DNA from: Proteobacteria bacterium UBA6156
GTDB lineage: Bacteria; Pseudomonadota; Alphaproteobacteria; UBA2136; UBA6156
Reading direction: 5' to 3'
Assembly (NCBI GenBank): GCA_002422365.1
Contig: DIUO01000015.1
Coordinates: 9,607 to 73,606 of the forward strand
DNA: 64,000 nt
Shown in pieces: positions 29,136 through 37,294 of the stretch. The translations under genes and the position numbers were made by a program. The notes under the pieces were generated by a model that was given only the letters and a program-made list of their open reading frames with translations, made no database searches and was not told the origin of the DNA. How positions within the stretch are numbered: position 1 is the stretch's first letter; every line of letters starts with the position of its first letter.

Positions 29136-29224
29136 GGGGCTTGATCCTTTTTATTGTGCGCTTGGCGCTTCTTGTATGGATAAGACTTTACGCTGCGGCG
29201 CAACATGGCGTCAAGGCTTGGCGT

Positions 29225-29259
29225 TTAGAAGTTAGAGGTTAGAGGTTAGAAGTTAGACG
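29225..29259 (-). repeat. tandem heptads (TTAGARG x5) upstream of gltA
   Basis: ttagaag ttagagg ttagagg ttagaag ttagacg. It lies between the stop of the pilin-like gene (29306) and the gltA start (29135). Confidence 0.8.
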
Positions 29260-29305
29260 GGTTATGCGGCATTTCGGTTGTAATGCACGCGGTCGAAGTT
29301 CGGAA

Positions 29306-30277
29306 TCAGTTACGTTCCAGACAGTTTTCTCCGCCGGAGAAGCAGAGGCTGGCGGAAAAGGGCGGGTCGGTTCTTTGTGTGATGTTCGGGCTGAACATGA
29401 GGATGCGGCCCCAGGGGTCTTGGGCGTAGGCGGCAGGCAGGCCGAGGTCGATCATCATTTGCTGCATCTCGGACAAGTTGCCGCTGGCGTAGGCGCGTTT
29501 GCCGAGGACTTTGTCGGCGTAGTAGACGGTACCGGGGGTCATGTCGGCATCGGACATGGGGTAGTAATTGAACAGCGTGTAGTTTTTACCGTCTATGCTG
29601 GTGCACCAGCTGGGGGCGCCTTCTACCACCGCGCAGGTGTTTTGGGCTTCGAGGAATGAGGCGGATTCCACCGCTTCCAGTTTATCGATAATGAGTTGGG
29701 CGCGGGCGCGGTATTCGGCCAGGCGCTGCATTTCGACATCGCGCGAGACATACTTGATGCCGATGTCGTCGCCACGGGTTTGCCAGGCGTTGTAGTCGTT
29801 TTCGGAGCTGATGCCGCCGGATTCGGCCACGCCGTCTTTGCCTCGGCTGGAGATGACGGCCATTTGCATGGTGATGGGGGTATCTTCTATGCGCACGGTG
29901 GCGTTGGTTTGGCTGTACTCCCAGGCGTTGCCCCAGGGGTCGCGGCGCAGGGAGATATCGACCAGGTTGCCTTCGCGGAAGAGGTCGTCCAGCGTGGCAG
30001 GCAGGCGGTTGATGCCGACCTGCGTGTAATAACGGCCTAAGCTGTCGCGCAGCATTTCTAATTGCGCTTCGGCGGCTTGCACCTTGCTGCTTTCTAACCG
30101 CGACATGATGGTGACGCCGCCTGCGGCGGTGAGAATGGCGGCGACGATCAGCGCGATGCGGGCATCCATGCCGAACATGGCGCCGCGCTGGTTGGCCAAG
30201 CCCGCAGTGTGCGACAGGGAGGTGATGAGACGCTTCAACATAATCATGATGGCCCTATTCTGCCGTATTCTGTTCAT
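29306..30277 (-). CDS. large atypical pseudopilin-like protein (323 aa)
   Basis: LANQRGAMFGMDARIALIVAAILTAAGGVTIM is a pilin-like N-terminal helix after a long leader. It carries two GspG-like motifs (RRDPWGNAWEY, AQDPWGRILMF). The start codon is uncertain (30277, 30247 or 30241). Confidence 0.6.
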   Translation of the reverse strand: MNRIRQNRAIMIMLKRLITSLSHTAGLANQRGAMFGMDARIALIVAAILTAAGGVTIMSRLESSKVQAAEAQLEMLRDSLGRYYTQVGINRLPATLDDLFREGNLVDISLRRDPWGNAWEYSQTNATVRIEDTPITMQMAVISSRGKDGVAESGGISSENDYNAWQTRGDDIGIKYVSRDVEMQRLAEYRARAQLIIDKLEAVESASFLEAQNTCAVVEGAPSWCTSIDGKNYTLFNYYPMSDADMTPGTVYYADKVLGKRAYASGNLSEMQQMMIDLGLPAAYAQDPWGRILMFSPNITQRTDPPFSASLCFSGGENCLERN

Positions 30278-31031
30278 CTTTCAAGCTCAGATTCATGGTT
30301 TGGGTGTAATCCCACGGAGTTGTGAAGGTTAATGTGGCCTTCTGGCCGCTCGCATCCGGCATGTAGCTGAAGTCCCTCCCCCAGGCATCGCGGAGGTCGA
30401 ACTTGCCTTTCAGGGTCTGGAATTCGCTGTCGGTGGGGAAGCGGAAGGCCCCGGCGTAAAAGGTGTAGAGCTGTTCGGCCATTTGCTCCATCCGCCGGGT
30501 GCTGGTGCGCACCTGCTGGTTGCGGGCGAGAGAGGTATCGTATAACGCCACCGCCTGGTTGCCGGTTTTGGTTTCCAGCACGTTGCGCTCCGACTCGGTA
30601 CGGTAGATCTGGCTGCGTACCAGGGTGTCGTCTGTCCCCGCGATGGCAACGGTGGTGGCGTTCTGGCCGTAGAATTCACGGTTGGATTCTCGCGCGGCGA
30701 GCATGAAGTCTTGTCCGCCGCGTGTGCGGGCCTGAGACTGGGAGTAGGTGCGGGCACGTTCGAGGTCGTAAGTGGTGCTGTAGGTTTGCCCGGTTTCGGT
30801 CAGAATGGCGAATTCCATACCCTTGGCGATATCTTCGGCTTGGGTTTGGGCGCGTTGGGTTTGGGTTTTCTGGTAGGCTTCGAGCTCTTGCCGGGCCCAT
30901 TGGACGGAGAGGGCGGAAAAAATGCTCATGCCCATGACCAGCCCGAACATGAACGGCGAAAACCCGCCCTGCTGGTTGGCGATTACCCCGAGCTGAGTGG
31001 GCCGGGTTGGGGTAGCGGGAGTGGCGTGCAT
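30255..31031 (-). CDS. atypical pseudopilin-like protein (258 aa)
   Basis: IANQQGGFSPFMFGLVMGMSIFSAL (G-F-S then a hydrophobic helix, Met rather than Glu at +5). The C-terminal LRDAWGRDFSY is GspG-like. Confidence 0.55.
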   Translation of the reverse strand: MHATPATPTRPTQLGVIANQQGGFSPFMFGLVMGMSIFSALSVQWARQELEAYQKTQTQRAQTQAEDIAKGMEFAILTETGQTYSTTYDLERARTYSQSQARTRGGQDFMLAARESNREFYGQNATTVAIAGTDDTLVRSQIYRTESERNVLETKTGNQAVALYDTSLARNQQVRTSTRRMEQMAEQLYTFYAGAFRFPTDSEFQTLKGKFDLRDAWGRDFSYMPDASGQKATLTFTTPWDYTQTMNLSLKDEQNTAE

Positions 31032-31046
31032 GTGCCCCCTGCCCGC

Positions 31047-31949
31047 CTAATAGGCGTACCTTATGGTGAGAACGTAAGGCGCGCCGTTGAGGTCGAGCAT
31101 GACCTCTCTGCGCGAGATGGACGTGACCTGCACCGGCAGCACCAAGGTTTTGTAGCCGATTTCCGGCTTTTGGGCACGTTCGGTTGCAAATTGCTGGAGG
31201 GCTTCGTCGTAGGCTTTGCTGTAGTTGGCCTCCAGCGCCGGAGAAAGGGTGCCAGGTGCGGGCATTTGGGCGTTAAGCGCCTGGGCCAGCACGGCCTCTG
31301 GCACGCGCATGGGGATGCTGATGCGGAAGGTATCGCCGACCTCATAGCGTTGCTGATTGATGACCGCGTAGCTGACCGGAGAGGTGACAATGGCCTGCAA
31401 CACCAATGTGCTGAGCGCGCTGCCGAAGCTGTAGCGTGCGGCGTCGGGTTCCCATTTTTCTACGGCGCGCGTAAGGGTGGCGCCGAGTTGGTTGCGGAAC
31501 TGGGTGAGGTCGGGCTCGGCACTGGCGGCCACCACGGGGAGGTCGATCGCCTGGGCCATGAGTTTATCCATCAGGCTTTGGCGGCCGGAGGTGAGGACGT
31601 CGGTAACTTGGCCGGTGCCGCTGACAAGCTCGGTTTGCGAAACCGCCGTTTTGACCGGGACCAGAATACGCAAGGGGTCGAGCTGGCTGTCATCTTCTAT
31701 GAGAACACCCAGGCTGGGCACCAATGGCAGGGGCACGCCGTTGCGGGCGGCATCGGCTCGGGCCTGCGAGATGGCTTCGTCGCGCGCGAAGATGAAATCC
31801 GGCGTGCCGCTGAAGGTGCGCGGCCATTCCAGACGCTCGGCCCGCGAGCCGCCTGTGGCCTGCGCATGGGCACCGCCCGCCAGCAGCACAGCCGCCAGCA
31901 GCAGGAGGGCGCCGCGCGCGCTAGTAGAAGGTATCTTTATCGTACGCAT
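31047..31949 (-). CDS. periplasmic protein, putative GspC/PilP-like component (300 aa)
   Basis: Signal peptide ...LLAGGAHA. The C-terminal strands AVINQQRYEVGDTF and VTSISRREVMLDLNGAPYVLTI resemble the GspC HR / PilP fold pattern. The assignment is tentative. Confidence 0.5.
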   Translation of the reverse strand: MRTIKIPSTSARGALLLLAAVLLAGGAHAQATGGSRAERLEWPRTFSGTPDFIFARDEAISQARADAARNGVPLPLVPSLGVLIEDDSQLDPLRILVPVKTAVSQTELVSGTGQVTDVLTSGRQSLMDKLMAQAIDLPVVAASAEPDLTQFRNQLGATLTRAVEKWEPDAARYSFGSALSTLVLQAIVTSPVSYAVINQQRYEVGDTFRISIPMRVPEAVLAQALNAQMPAPGTLSPALEANYSKAYDEALQQFATERAQKPEIGYKTLVLPVQVTSISRREVMLDLNGAPYVLTIRYAY

Positions 31950-32421
31950 AAATATATCCTTCGATTTGAACCATGCTGAGCTCTGGCGGGGCGCCGCGCG
32001 GGGTTGCGGTGCACCCGAAGCAGAAACTGTAGGGCACGTAACCGGGCAGGCGCGTCATGCGCTCGAGCACCGCTTGAGCCTCGGGGTAGGTGCTGGGGCC
32101 GGAAATACGGTAGGTGTAGCGCGCCAAGGCCTTGTTGTTGCCGCGGATGAGCGGCTGGCCGATGATGCGGAGGTCGAGCCGGGGGGCGCCGATATCGAGC
32201 GCGCGCTCGAGTTCGTTTTTTTGCACGAAGCGGATGTCTTGGCTGATGCGGCGGATTTCGGCAATGCGCACCTGGAGGTTTTTGCCGGCGTCGCGTTTCT
32301 CCAGCGCGTCTTCCAGTGCATAGGTGCGGCTGTCGATCATCGCGACGTTATCGAAGTATTTATAGAGCCCCAAAATGGCCGTGAAAATGATGATGGCCAG
32401 GCCTGCGGAAAAGCGGATCAT
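31921..32421 (-). CDS. N-terminally anchored bitopic protein, putative GspM/PilO-like component (166 aa)
   Basis: TM MIRFSAGLAIIIFTAILGLY, then a coiled coil, then an alpha/beta domain. Its ATG overlaps the upstream stop (ATGA). Confidence 0.5.
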   Translation of the reverse strand: MIRFSAGLAIIIFTAILGLYKYFDNVAMIDSRTYALEDALEKRDAGKNLQVRIAEIRRISQDIRFVQKNELERALDIGAPRLDLRIIGQPLIRGNNKALARYTYRISGPSTYPEAQAVLERMTRLPGYVPYSFCFGCTATPRGAPPELSMVQIEGYIYAYDKDTFY

Positions 32422-33881
32422 TCAGTGTCCTCCTGCGGCTGGATGGCCTGCGGCCGGTTACCCCGGGGCTGGGTGGGCGAGCTTTGCAGCGAAGCCTTGT
32501 TGAGGCGCGAGGCAAAGGGTTTGTATTCCCGCTCCAGCTCGGTGGCATCGACCAACCCTTCCAGCTTGAAGCCGCTGGTGGTGTTGGGTTTGCGCACGGC
32601 TTCCAGGAGCGCGGAATTGAGAATGAGGCTACGGGCGACGGGCTCTTGTTGCAGCCAGCCCTGGTAGATGTCGTTCTGGGCATCTATGCTGATAATATAC
32701 TGCTTGGGCGGTTGCTCGGGCTCGGGCGAGCGGACCTCGAACTGCTTGACCTGGAAGCCGGAGCGCTCGATGGCGCGGGCGGTGTCCTTCGTGACCAGGG
32801 GGAAGAGTTCGCGCTTGCGCCACATGCGCTCTTGCTCGGCGATGGCGCGCTCGAGGTCGGAGAATTGGCCGCCGCGCGGGATTTGCTGTTCGATCATGGC
32901 CAGTTGGTCTGACAGGGCCTGGATTTGGCCGCCCTGATACCAGAGCCCGGCATAGGTGGCTAAGGCGACAAGGATGCCGGTAAACAGGGCGTGGCTGCCG
33001 TAGCGTTCTTGGAACGTCGGCTTGTTCAGCCAGGTTGCGTCGTCGAGCGGCAGGTCTCGTAACGAGTGCACGGTGACGCGGTCGGAGGGGGGGAGGATGT
33101 CGGTATCCCACTGCGTATAAAGGTGGGCGCGGGTGGTGCGGGGGTAGCTTTTCAGCACCTGGTCGAGGTCGCGCGTCCAGCTGATGGCAGTGGTGGGGAG
33201 GACGTAGTTATCTTTCGTATCCCAATGAAAGAGGGTATCGGCAACCAGCAGAATATTAATGGTGTTGGGCTCGCTGCGCGAGATGCGGCAGAGGTCTATC
33301 AGCGCCATGGGGCCCACCAGCTGCTGGGCCAGGGCCACGGCGTTGGGGTCGGCCAGGTCGTCGTCGGAGATGCCTTCTCCGGACAGGAACAGGTAGGGAT
33401 TGGCAGGTTTGCCATCGAGCCCGCGCGGCGCAAAGAAGAACAGTGCGGTGTTGCGCTTGAGGCTTTCGCCCACCAGATCGGTCCAGTTGTCGTTAAACGC
33501 GGGTTGGTTGTCGCCAGCCATGAGGAGCTCGGACTTGTTCAGCCCCACAAAGCAGAGGTGGCGGAACGTACCGCCGACCGAATTAATGACGGTGGAGGCA
33601 GCCAGTTTGTATGTAAAACTGCGCAGCAGGGTGCGGGCTTCGGCCCAGAGCGGGCCCATAAACTCGGCGGTGCCGTGCCAGAATTCCCGTGCCATTTGCT
33701 GCACCATGGGCAGGTTTTCTTCCAGCCGGCTTTGCAGGCGGGGGGGCATGCGTTCTACCAGCTGCTTGTGCAGCTTGCTGCGCACGGCCTGAACCACCGC
33801 GTCGTCGGTGCTGTGCACGCCCTCGGGGCCCGCTTCCGGCGGGGTGGGTGAGGTGCGGTTCGGGTTCGTATCTTCGCTCAT
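32418..33881 (-). CDS. bitopic protein with a large cytoplasmic domain, putative GspL or PilM-PilN-like component (487 aa)
   Basis: About 330 cytoplasmic aa, one TM (ALFTGILVALATYAGLWY), a coiled coil (QIQALSDQLAMIEQQ) and a periplasmic domain. The ORF opens at 33953; the start MSEDTNP at 33881 avoids overlap with the GspF-like gene. Confidence 0.55.
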   Translation of the reverse strand: MSEDTNPNRTSPTPPEAGPEGVHSTDDAVVQAVRSKLHKQLVERMPPRLQSRLEENLPMVQQMAREFWHGTAEFMGPLWAEARTLLRSFTYKLAASTVINSVGGTFRHLCFVGLNKSELLMAGDNQPAFNDNWTDLVGESLKRNTALFFFAPRGLDGKPANPYLFLSGEGISDDDLADPNAVALAQQLVGPMALIDLCRISRSEPNTINILLVADTLFHWDTKDNYVLPTTAISWTRDLDQVLKSYPRTTRAHLYTQWDTDILPPSDRVTVHSLRDLPLDDATWLNKPTFQERYGSHALFTGILVALATYAGLWYQGGQIQALSDQLAMIEQQIPRGGQFSDLERAIAEQERMWRKRELFPLVTKDTARAIERSGFQVKQFEVRSPEPEQPPKQYIISIDAQNDIYQGWLQQEPVARSLILNSALLEAVRKPNTTSGFKLEGLVDATELEREYKPFASRLNKASLQSSPTQPRGNRPQAIQPQEDTE

Positions 33882-33889
33882 GCTCTGCC

Positions 33890-35029
33890 TTATGCCTGCG
33901 ATAATACGATTGATAACATATCCAACATCATTACGGCACCGCCCATGATCCATAATAGCGCGCTGGTGATGCCGATAAACTGCTTGTGGGTGTCGTTCAG
34001 GATACGCTCGAGCAGTGTGTGGGCGTGCGACATACCTTCGATCAGCACGTCGTTCACGTTGCCTTCGGTGGGGGCGTAGTTTTCGGCAACGCTAACGGGA
34101 GTTACAATCAGCTCGGGGAAGCCTGCGCGGCTCATGGCCTCGGCCATGGTGCCGCCGGTGGTGATGACGTGGTTGAATTGGTCGATACGCCGCCGGATGA
34201 CGATGTTGGTGGCCAGGCCCTCCATAATGGGAATGAGCTGCTTGGGCTTGACGCCACTGGCGATAAGATAAGGGAAATACAGCAACATTTGGGTGTAGGT
34301 TTGGTAAATGAGGTAACGCCCGTAAATGGGGATTTTAAGCTGCATGTTGTGCAGCGTAGTGCGCCCGGCGGGGTTGGAATTGAGCGACCAGATGACGACA
34401 ATGGCCACCAGAATGACACCGGCAAACAGATACCAGTACTCGGCACAGGCCTGGGTGGCGGACATGATGCCGTTGGGGATCATCCCCATGGGTTTGCCCT
34501 GGGCTTCTCTTAACTTTGCCATGACCGGCAGGGTGTTGAGGCCGGTGTTGAACACCGACACCAGCGAGAGCACCAGCATGAGCAGCGGCGTGAGGAGCTC
34601 GGCCAACCCGGCGCGGCGGGAATTGATGGCTTTGTCTTCGAGGATACGCAGAATCTCGAACGATTTTTGCATGTTGTTGGAGGCTTCTCCGGCCAGGATG
34701 GCGGCACGGTGGAGCTCGGTGAACATACGGCGCTCTGTCTGCATGGCCTGGCTGAGCGACTTACCCTGCGCCACCTTTTGCGACAGGCCGGTGATGGCGT
34801 TGGCGACGGCCTCGTTTTTTTCCGCCCGGAAGGCACGGGCCACGGCGCGCAGGGCGTCGGAAGTGGTTTGGCCGGTTTTCATCATCATGGCCATGAAGAA
34901 GAAGAAGCGTTCGCGGTCGCGGGGGTCTATCGCCGCGCTGCCCACGGTGCCGCCGCCAAACAGCGCCTGCAGCCCGGTGGGCCGGTAACTAGCGGAGGGC
35001 TTCGAGATCGGCACTGAAGTATCTTTCAA
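33890..35029 (-). CDS. type II secretion / type IV pilus platform protein (GspF/PilC family)
   Basis: Two T2SSF-type repeats (FFFFMAMMMKTGQTTSDALRAV...; YFPYLIASGVKPKQLIPIMEGLA...) and three TM segments. It overlaps the ATPase gene by 41 nt. Confidence 0.8.
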   Translation of the reverse strand: MKDTSVPISKPSASYRPTGLQALFGGGTVGSAAIDPRDRERFFFFMAMMMKTGQTTSDALRAVARAFRAEKNEAVANAITGLSQKVAQGKSLSQAMQTERRMFTELHRAAILAGEASNNMQKSFEILRILEDKAINSRRAGLAELLTPLLMLVLSLVSVFNTGLNTLPVMAKLREAQGKPMGMIPNGIMSATQACAEYWYLFAGVILVAIVVIWSLNSNPAGRTTLHNMQLKIPIYGRYLIYQTYTQMLLYFPYLIASGVKPKQLIPIMEGLATNIVIRRRIDQFNHVITTGGTMAEAMSRAGFPELIVTPVSVAENYAPTEGNVNDVLIEGMSHAHTLLERILNDTHKQFIGITSALLWIMGGAVMMLDMLSIVLSQA

Positions 35030-36683
35030 GTTCTTCCAGGCTGCTTATGCCGTTTTTCATGTGCCGCAGGCCTTGGGCCAGCATGTCGTTCATGCCCGCA
35101 GCCTTGGCTTGCTCGCGCACCACTTCAATCCAGTCCGGGCGCAGGCGGTTGCTGCTCCAGACATTGCGGGAGATTTCGCGGCGCCACATTTCCAGCACTT
35201 CTTCCATGGCGATACGCCCGGAATAGCCACGGTAGTGGCAGAGCTCGCACCCGTTGCGGTTGGGGCGGCAGATGGTGTCTCCGCGCTTGAAGCCCAGGGG
35301 CCGCAGGGTGTTGAGGCTGTCGGCGAGTTGCTGATCGATTTCGTACGGCACCTTGCACTTGGGGCAAAGGCGCCGCAGCAGCCGCTGCGAGACGATGCCG
35401 CGCACATTGCTGAAAATGAGTTCCGGCGGGACGCCGCGTTGCAGCAGGCGGTCGAGCGTCATGAAGGAATCGTTTGCGTGCATGGTGGTGATGACCAGGT
35501 GACCGGTGTTCCCGGCATCGATAACGCGGCGGGTGTCTTCGGGGCTACGCACTTCTCCGATGAACATCACGTCGGGGTCGAGACCCAAAGCGGCATAGAG
35601 GAAGGTTTCGAGATTCACGCCCGCAGCCAGGTCTTCTTCGGTCTGGATGACGTTATCCATCCGCTCTTCGATTTGCTTTTCGTAACTGATGACGTTCTGG
35701 CCGGGGCGCTGGCCACGGCGGATCATCAGCCGGCAGGCCGTTGATTTACCCGAACCCGTGGGCCCGGCAAAAATGATTACGCCTTCTTCAAACCGCATCA
35801 GGGTATCGATTTTATCAATCGTTTCGTCGGCATAGCCGAAGGTTTCCATATGCCCCTCGAACGGGCGCAGGAAACGCATGGCGATTTTGGCAGTGTTCTC
35901 CAGCGTGATGGGCTGGGTGGTGTAGCGGATATCGACCGATTGGCGGTTGGTGAGGTCAAAGGTCATCCGTCCGTAGAGCGGTTTTTTGAAGTTTTCGGCA
36001 CTCACGCCCGCCATGTGCCGCAGGCGGCCGACAACGCGGTCGTAGACTTCCATGGGCAGGGCGACCAGCTCTTCCAGCTCGTTATCTATCCGCGCCATGA
36101 CGGTAGGTTTGCGGTTGAGGATTTCGATGTGGAGGTCGGACGCGCCGTTTTTGTAGGCGGTGCGGATGATTTCATCCACCAGGTTCACAATCGCGTCGTC
36201 GTTGCCGACGTTGAGCTGGGCGTAGGCGTTTTCCACCAAAAACTTCAGGCTGTGGCCTTCGCGCTTACTCATCCGCTCGATGGCGGACTCGATACTTTTG
36301 GCCGAAGCCCAGACGAACGAGTGGCTGTTTTTGCGGTTGCGGAGGAGAATTTCGGAATGCAGGCGCTTGTTAGGGAGGTCGGCGGCCGCCCAGGTGACGT
36401 TGTTACGGCCAAGTTCTATGGGGCATGCGGTGTAGAAGGTGAGGAAGGCGCGGTCGATGCCTTCTACCTGGTGGGGGGTGACTTTGGCCATTTCTTCGTC
36501 GTTCTTGACCGGGAAGTCGTACGCCACAGCCCGGTAGCGCGCTTGCTGGTTGGGCGTGAGCTTACCGGCCTTACCGAGGGCTTCGATCAGTGCGTCGGGG
36601 TCCTTCTGCACCGTGACGGGCAGGTTGTGGAGATCGGCCATTGAAATGACGTGATCGGCGATCATAAGGTCGACGATATCCAT
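34989..36683 (-). CDS. type II secretion / type IV pilus assembly ATPase (GspE/PilB family)
   Basis: Walker A GPTGSGKST, Walker B DPDVMFIGEVRSPED, His box TGHLVITTMHAND, tetracysteine CPKC...CELCHYRGYSGR. Confidence 0.92.
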   Translation of the reverse strand: MDIVDLMIADHVISMADLHNLPVTVQKDPDALIEALGKAGKLTPNQQARYRAVAYDFPVKNDEEMAKVTPHQVEGIDRAFLTFYTACPIELGRNNVTWAAADLPNKRLHSEILLRNRKNSHSFVWASAKSIESAIERMSKREGHSLKFLVENAYAQLNVGNDDAIVNLVDEIIRTAYKNGASDLHIEILNRKPTVMARIDNELEELVALPMEVYDRVVGRLRHMAGVSAENFKKPLYGRMTFDLTNRQSVDIRYTTQPITLENTAKIAMRFLRPFEGHMETFGYADETIDKIDTLMRFEEGVIIFAGPTGSGKSTACRLMIRRGQRPGQNVISYEKQIEERMDNVIQTEEDLAAGVNLETFLYAALGLDPDVMFIGEVRSPEDTRRVIDAGNTGHLVITTMHANDSFMTLDRLLQRGVPPELIFSNVRGIVSQRLLRRLCPKCKVPYEIDQQLADSLNTLRPLGFKRGDTICRPNRNGCELCHYRGYSGRIAMEEVLEMWRREISRNVWSSNRLRPDWIEVVREQAKAAGMNDMLAQGLRHMKNGISSLEELERYFSADLEALR

Positions 36684-36918
36684 TACAGCCCCCTTCCCGC
36701 TTCTGTGGAAGCCAAAAGACTATGCGCCGCGTACGCCCTTGCGGCGCACGGCAGTGGTGCAGGCCCGAAACAGATGTTCATTGGCCTTAAAGTAGCGGGT
36801 TTTGGCGGGTTTTGGGAGTGCTTGCGCGGCTTTTGCGGCATGGGGGTGTGCAAGTTTGCCACCGCATGCTGCGGGCACACCTAAGGCGAACCGATGAGGG
36901 GGAAGAGGATGGGAAATA

Positions 36919-36994
36919 TGGTGGGCGATGACGGACTCGAACCGCCGACATCCTCCGTGTAAAGGAGGCGCTCTACCAACTGAGCTAATCGCCC
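36919..36994 (-). tRNA. tRNA-Val (TAC)
   Basis: Manual fold: acceptor GGGCGAT/ATCGCCC, anticodon stem CCTCC/GGAGG with loop TTTACAC, T-loop GTTCGAGTC, encoded CCA. Confidence 0.95.
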
Positions 36995-37044
36995 GGAAGA
37001 CCGGATATCTGGAGGACCTGACTTTTCTTCGGTGGGGAAAAATC

Positions 37045-37138
37045 TGGCGGAAGCGACGGGACTTGAGCCCGCACCCCTCGGTGTGTTGCACCGAAGGTGC
37101 ACTACTCCAAGCCCGCCGATACTCTAACCCTTCGGAGG
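37045..37138 (-). pseudogene. tRNA-Asp-derived remnant (3-prime half plus D-arm, disrupted anticodon region, no 5-prime acceptor strand)
   Basis: Shares GGTTAGAGTATCGGC and ...CCGAGGGGTGCGGGCTCAAGTCCCGTCGCTTCCGCCA with tRNA-Asp. About 26 nt is inserted in place of the anticodon loop and forms a TTCG-looped hairpin. The T-loop is mutated (CTCAAGT). Confidence 0.6.
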
Positions 37139-37145
37139 AAAAATC

Positions 37146-37222
37146 TGGCGGAAGCGACGGGACTCGAACCCGCGACCCTCGGCGTGACAAGCCGATACTC
37201 TAACCAACTGAGCTACGCCTCC
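37146..37222 (-). tRNA. tRNA-Asp (GTC)
   Basis: Manual fold: acceptor GGAGGCG/CGCTTCC, anticodon stem TCGGC/GCCGA with loop TTGTCAC, T-arm GCGGGTTCGAGTCCCGT, G73, encoded CCA. Confidence 0.95.
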
Positions 37223-37294
37223 GCTGCCAGACGGGGGGGTTATAGGGGGCCGGGCGGGTGGCGTCAAGCCCTATGTGGGCACCAGAGGCTGAAT

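Noticed and set aside
36684-36918. Small ORFs between the GspE-like gene and tRNA-Val (36651-36884 on the plus strand, 36683-36880 and 36720-37190 on the minus strand).
   Set aside because: They overlap the tRNA genes or each other, have no ribosome-binding site or family signature, and the region is better explained as the promoter/leader of the operon plus the tRNA trailer.
37045-37138. Whether the tRNA-Asp-like sequence is a functional tRNA with an intron, or a tRNA-Sec (it ends in CTTCCGCCA, like selC).
   Set aside because: - There is no 5-prime strand complementary to the acceptor 3-prime strand.
- There is no UCA anticodon context.
- The T-loop is mutated from TTCGAGT to CTCAAGT.
- The inserted 26 nt is far too short for a bacterial group I intron.
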